From Candidatus Agathobaculum pullistercoris (GTDB lineage: Bacteria > Bacillota > Clostridia > Oscillospirales > Butyricicoccaceae), in contig DXFS01000019.1 of NCBI GenBank assembly GCA_019114345.1, positions 6,989 through 70,988 of the forward strand: a stretch of DNA of 64,000 nt. Reading direction: 5' to 3'. Each line of letters opens with the position of its first letter. The first letter of the stretch is position 1. Made by a program: the position numbers and the translations under genes. Positions 63,745-64,000 of this stretch are shown one piece after another. The notes beneath the pieces were generated by a model. That model saw only the letters and a program-made list of their open reading frames with translations. It ran no database searches and was not told where the DNA came from.

Positions 63745-63999
63745 ATCCAAAGATGATGAGGGAGACAGTAGGTTCCGAACCGAACGCCGCAGCGAGCCGG
63801 GGCATGGTGCAAGCCCGGCGCCAGTAGGCCGTTACCGAATATCACTCCGGAGTTGCAGCCCGAACCCTTTTTGAAAGTAGGTGCTGACGGTTTTTCCCCG
63901 TTACAGGAAGCGCGTATGTTGGTATGCAGTAACGGGTGGTAGAACGATAGCAAAACAAGGCTTTCGTCCCTTTACGGGGGACGGAAGCCTTTTCTTTTC
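63745..63999 (+). ncRNA. T-box riboswitch leader (probable specifier ATC, Ile)
   Basis: AGTAG and GAG...GGTGCAAG stem I motifs; GAAT-ATC-A specifier loop; AACGGGTGGTAGAACG T-box; terminator GGCTTTCGTCCC/GGGACGGAAGCC-TTTT. Confidence 0.85.
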
Positions 64000-64000
64000 A

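Noticed and set aside
63738-63953. 71-aa minus-strand ORF
   Set aside because: Antisense to the T-box leader.

Overview
GC-rich Clostridia-like DNA (possibly an Oscillospiraceae-type gut anaerobe; this is an inference from gene style). Bases 1-13.3 kb are mostly housekeeping: an aminotransferase, two convergent small ORFs, a DMT-algI-algJ-lipoprotein operon, DUF6530, type-2 peptidyl-tRNA hydrolase, an FAH-family protein, maa and treC-treP/treR. About 13.3-62.6 kb is an accessory block with three parts. (i) A signalling cluster in which a single-module C-A-T-reductase NRPS sits inside a partner-switching operon (STAS, PP2C, RsbW-like), flanked by two histidine kinases and several LytTR/REC regulators. 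(ii) A DUF4157 (eCIS-core) effector with a downstream chaperone- or immunity-like gene. (iii) A ~32 kb single-strand contractile injection system (eCIS-like) operon: sheath, three tube proteins, tail-assembly chaperone with a P2-type -1 frameshift site, LysM initiator, split VgrG, gp25, two baseplate-J proteins, fibre, cap, PAAR-like DUF4280 and AAA+ ATPase. The operon also carries membrane proteins and apparently dead signalling enzymes (pseudokinase, pseudo-cyclase, pseudo-PP2C/anti-sigma fusion, pseudo-receiver) and a TM-MORN-TolC-like protein. No lysis, capsid or integrase genes were recognised. The window ends with a cbiT-like gene and a T-box leader. All family calls are from motifs read by eye; no database searches were run.
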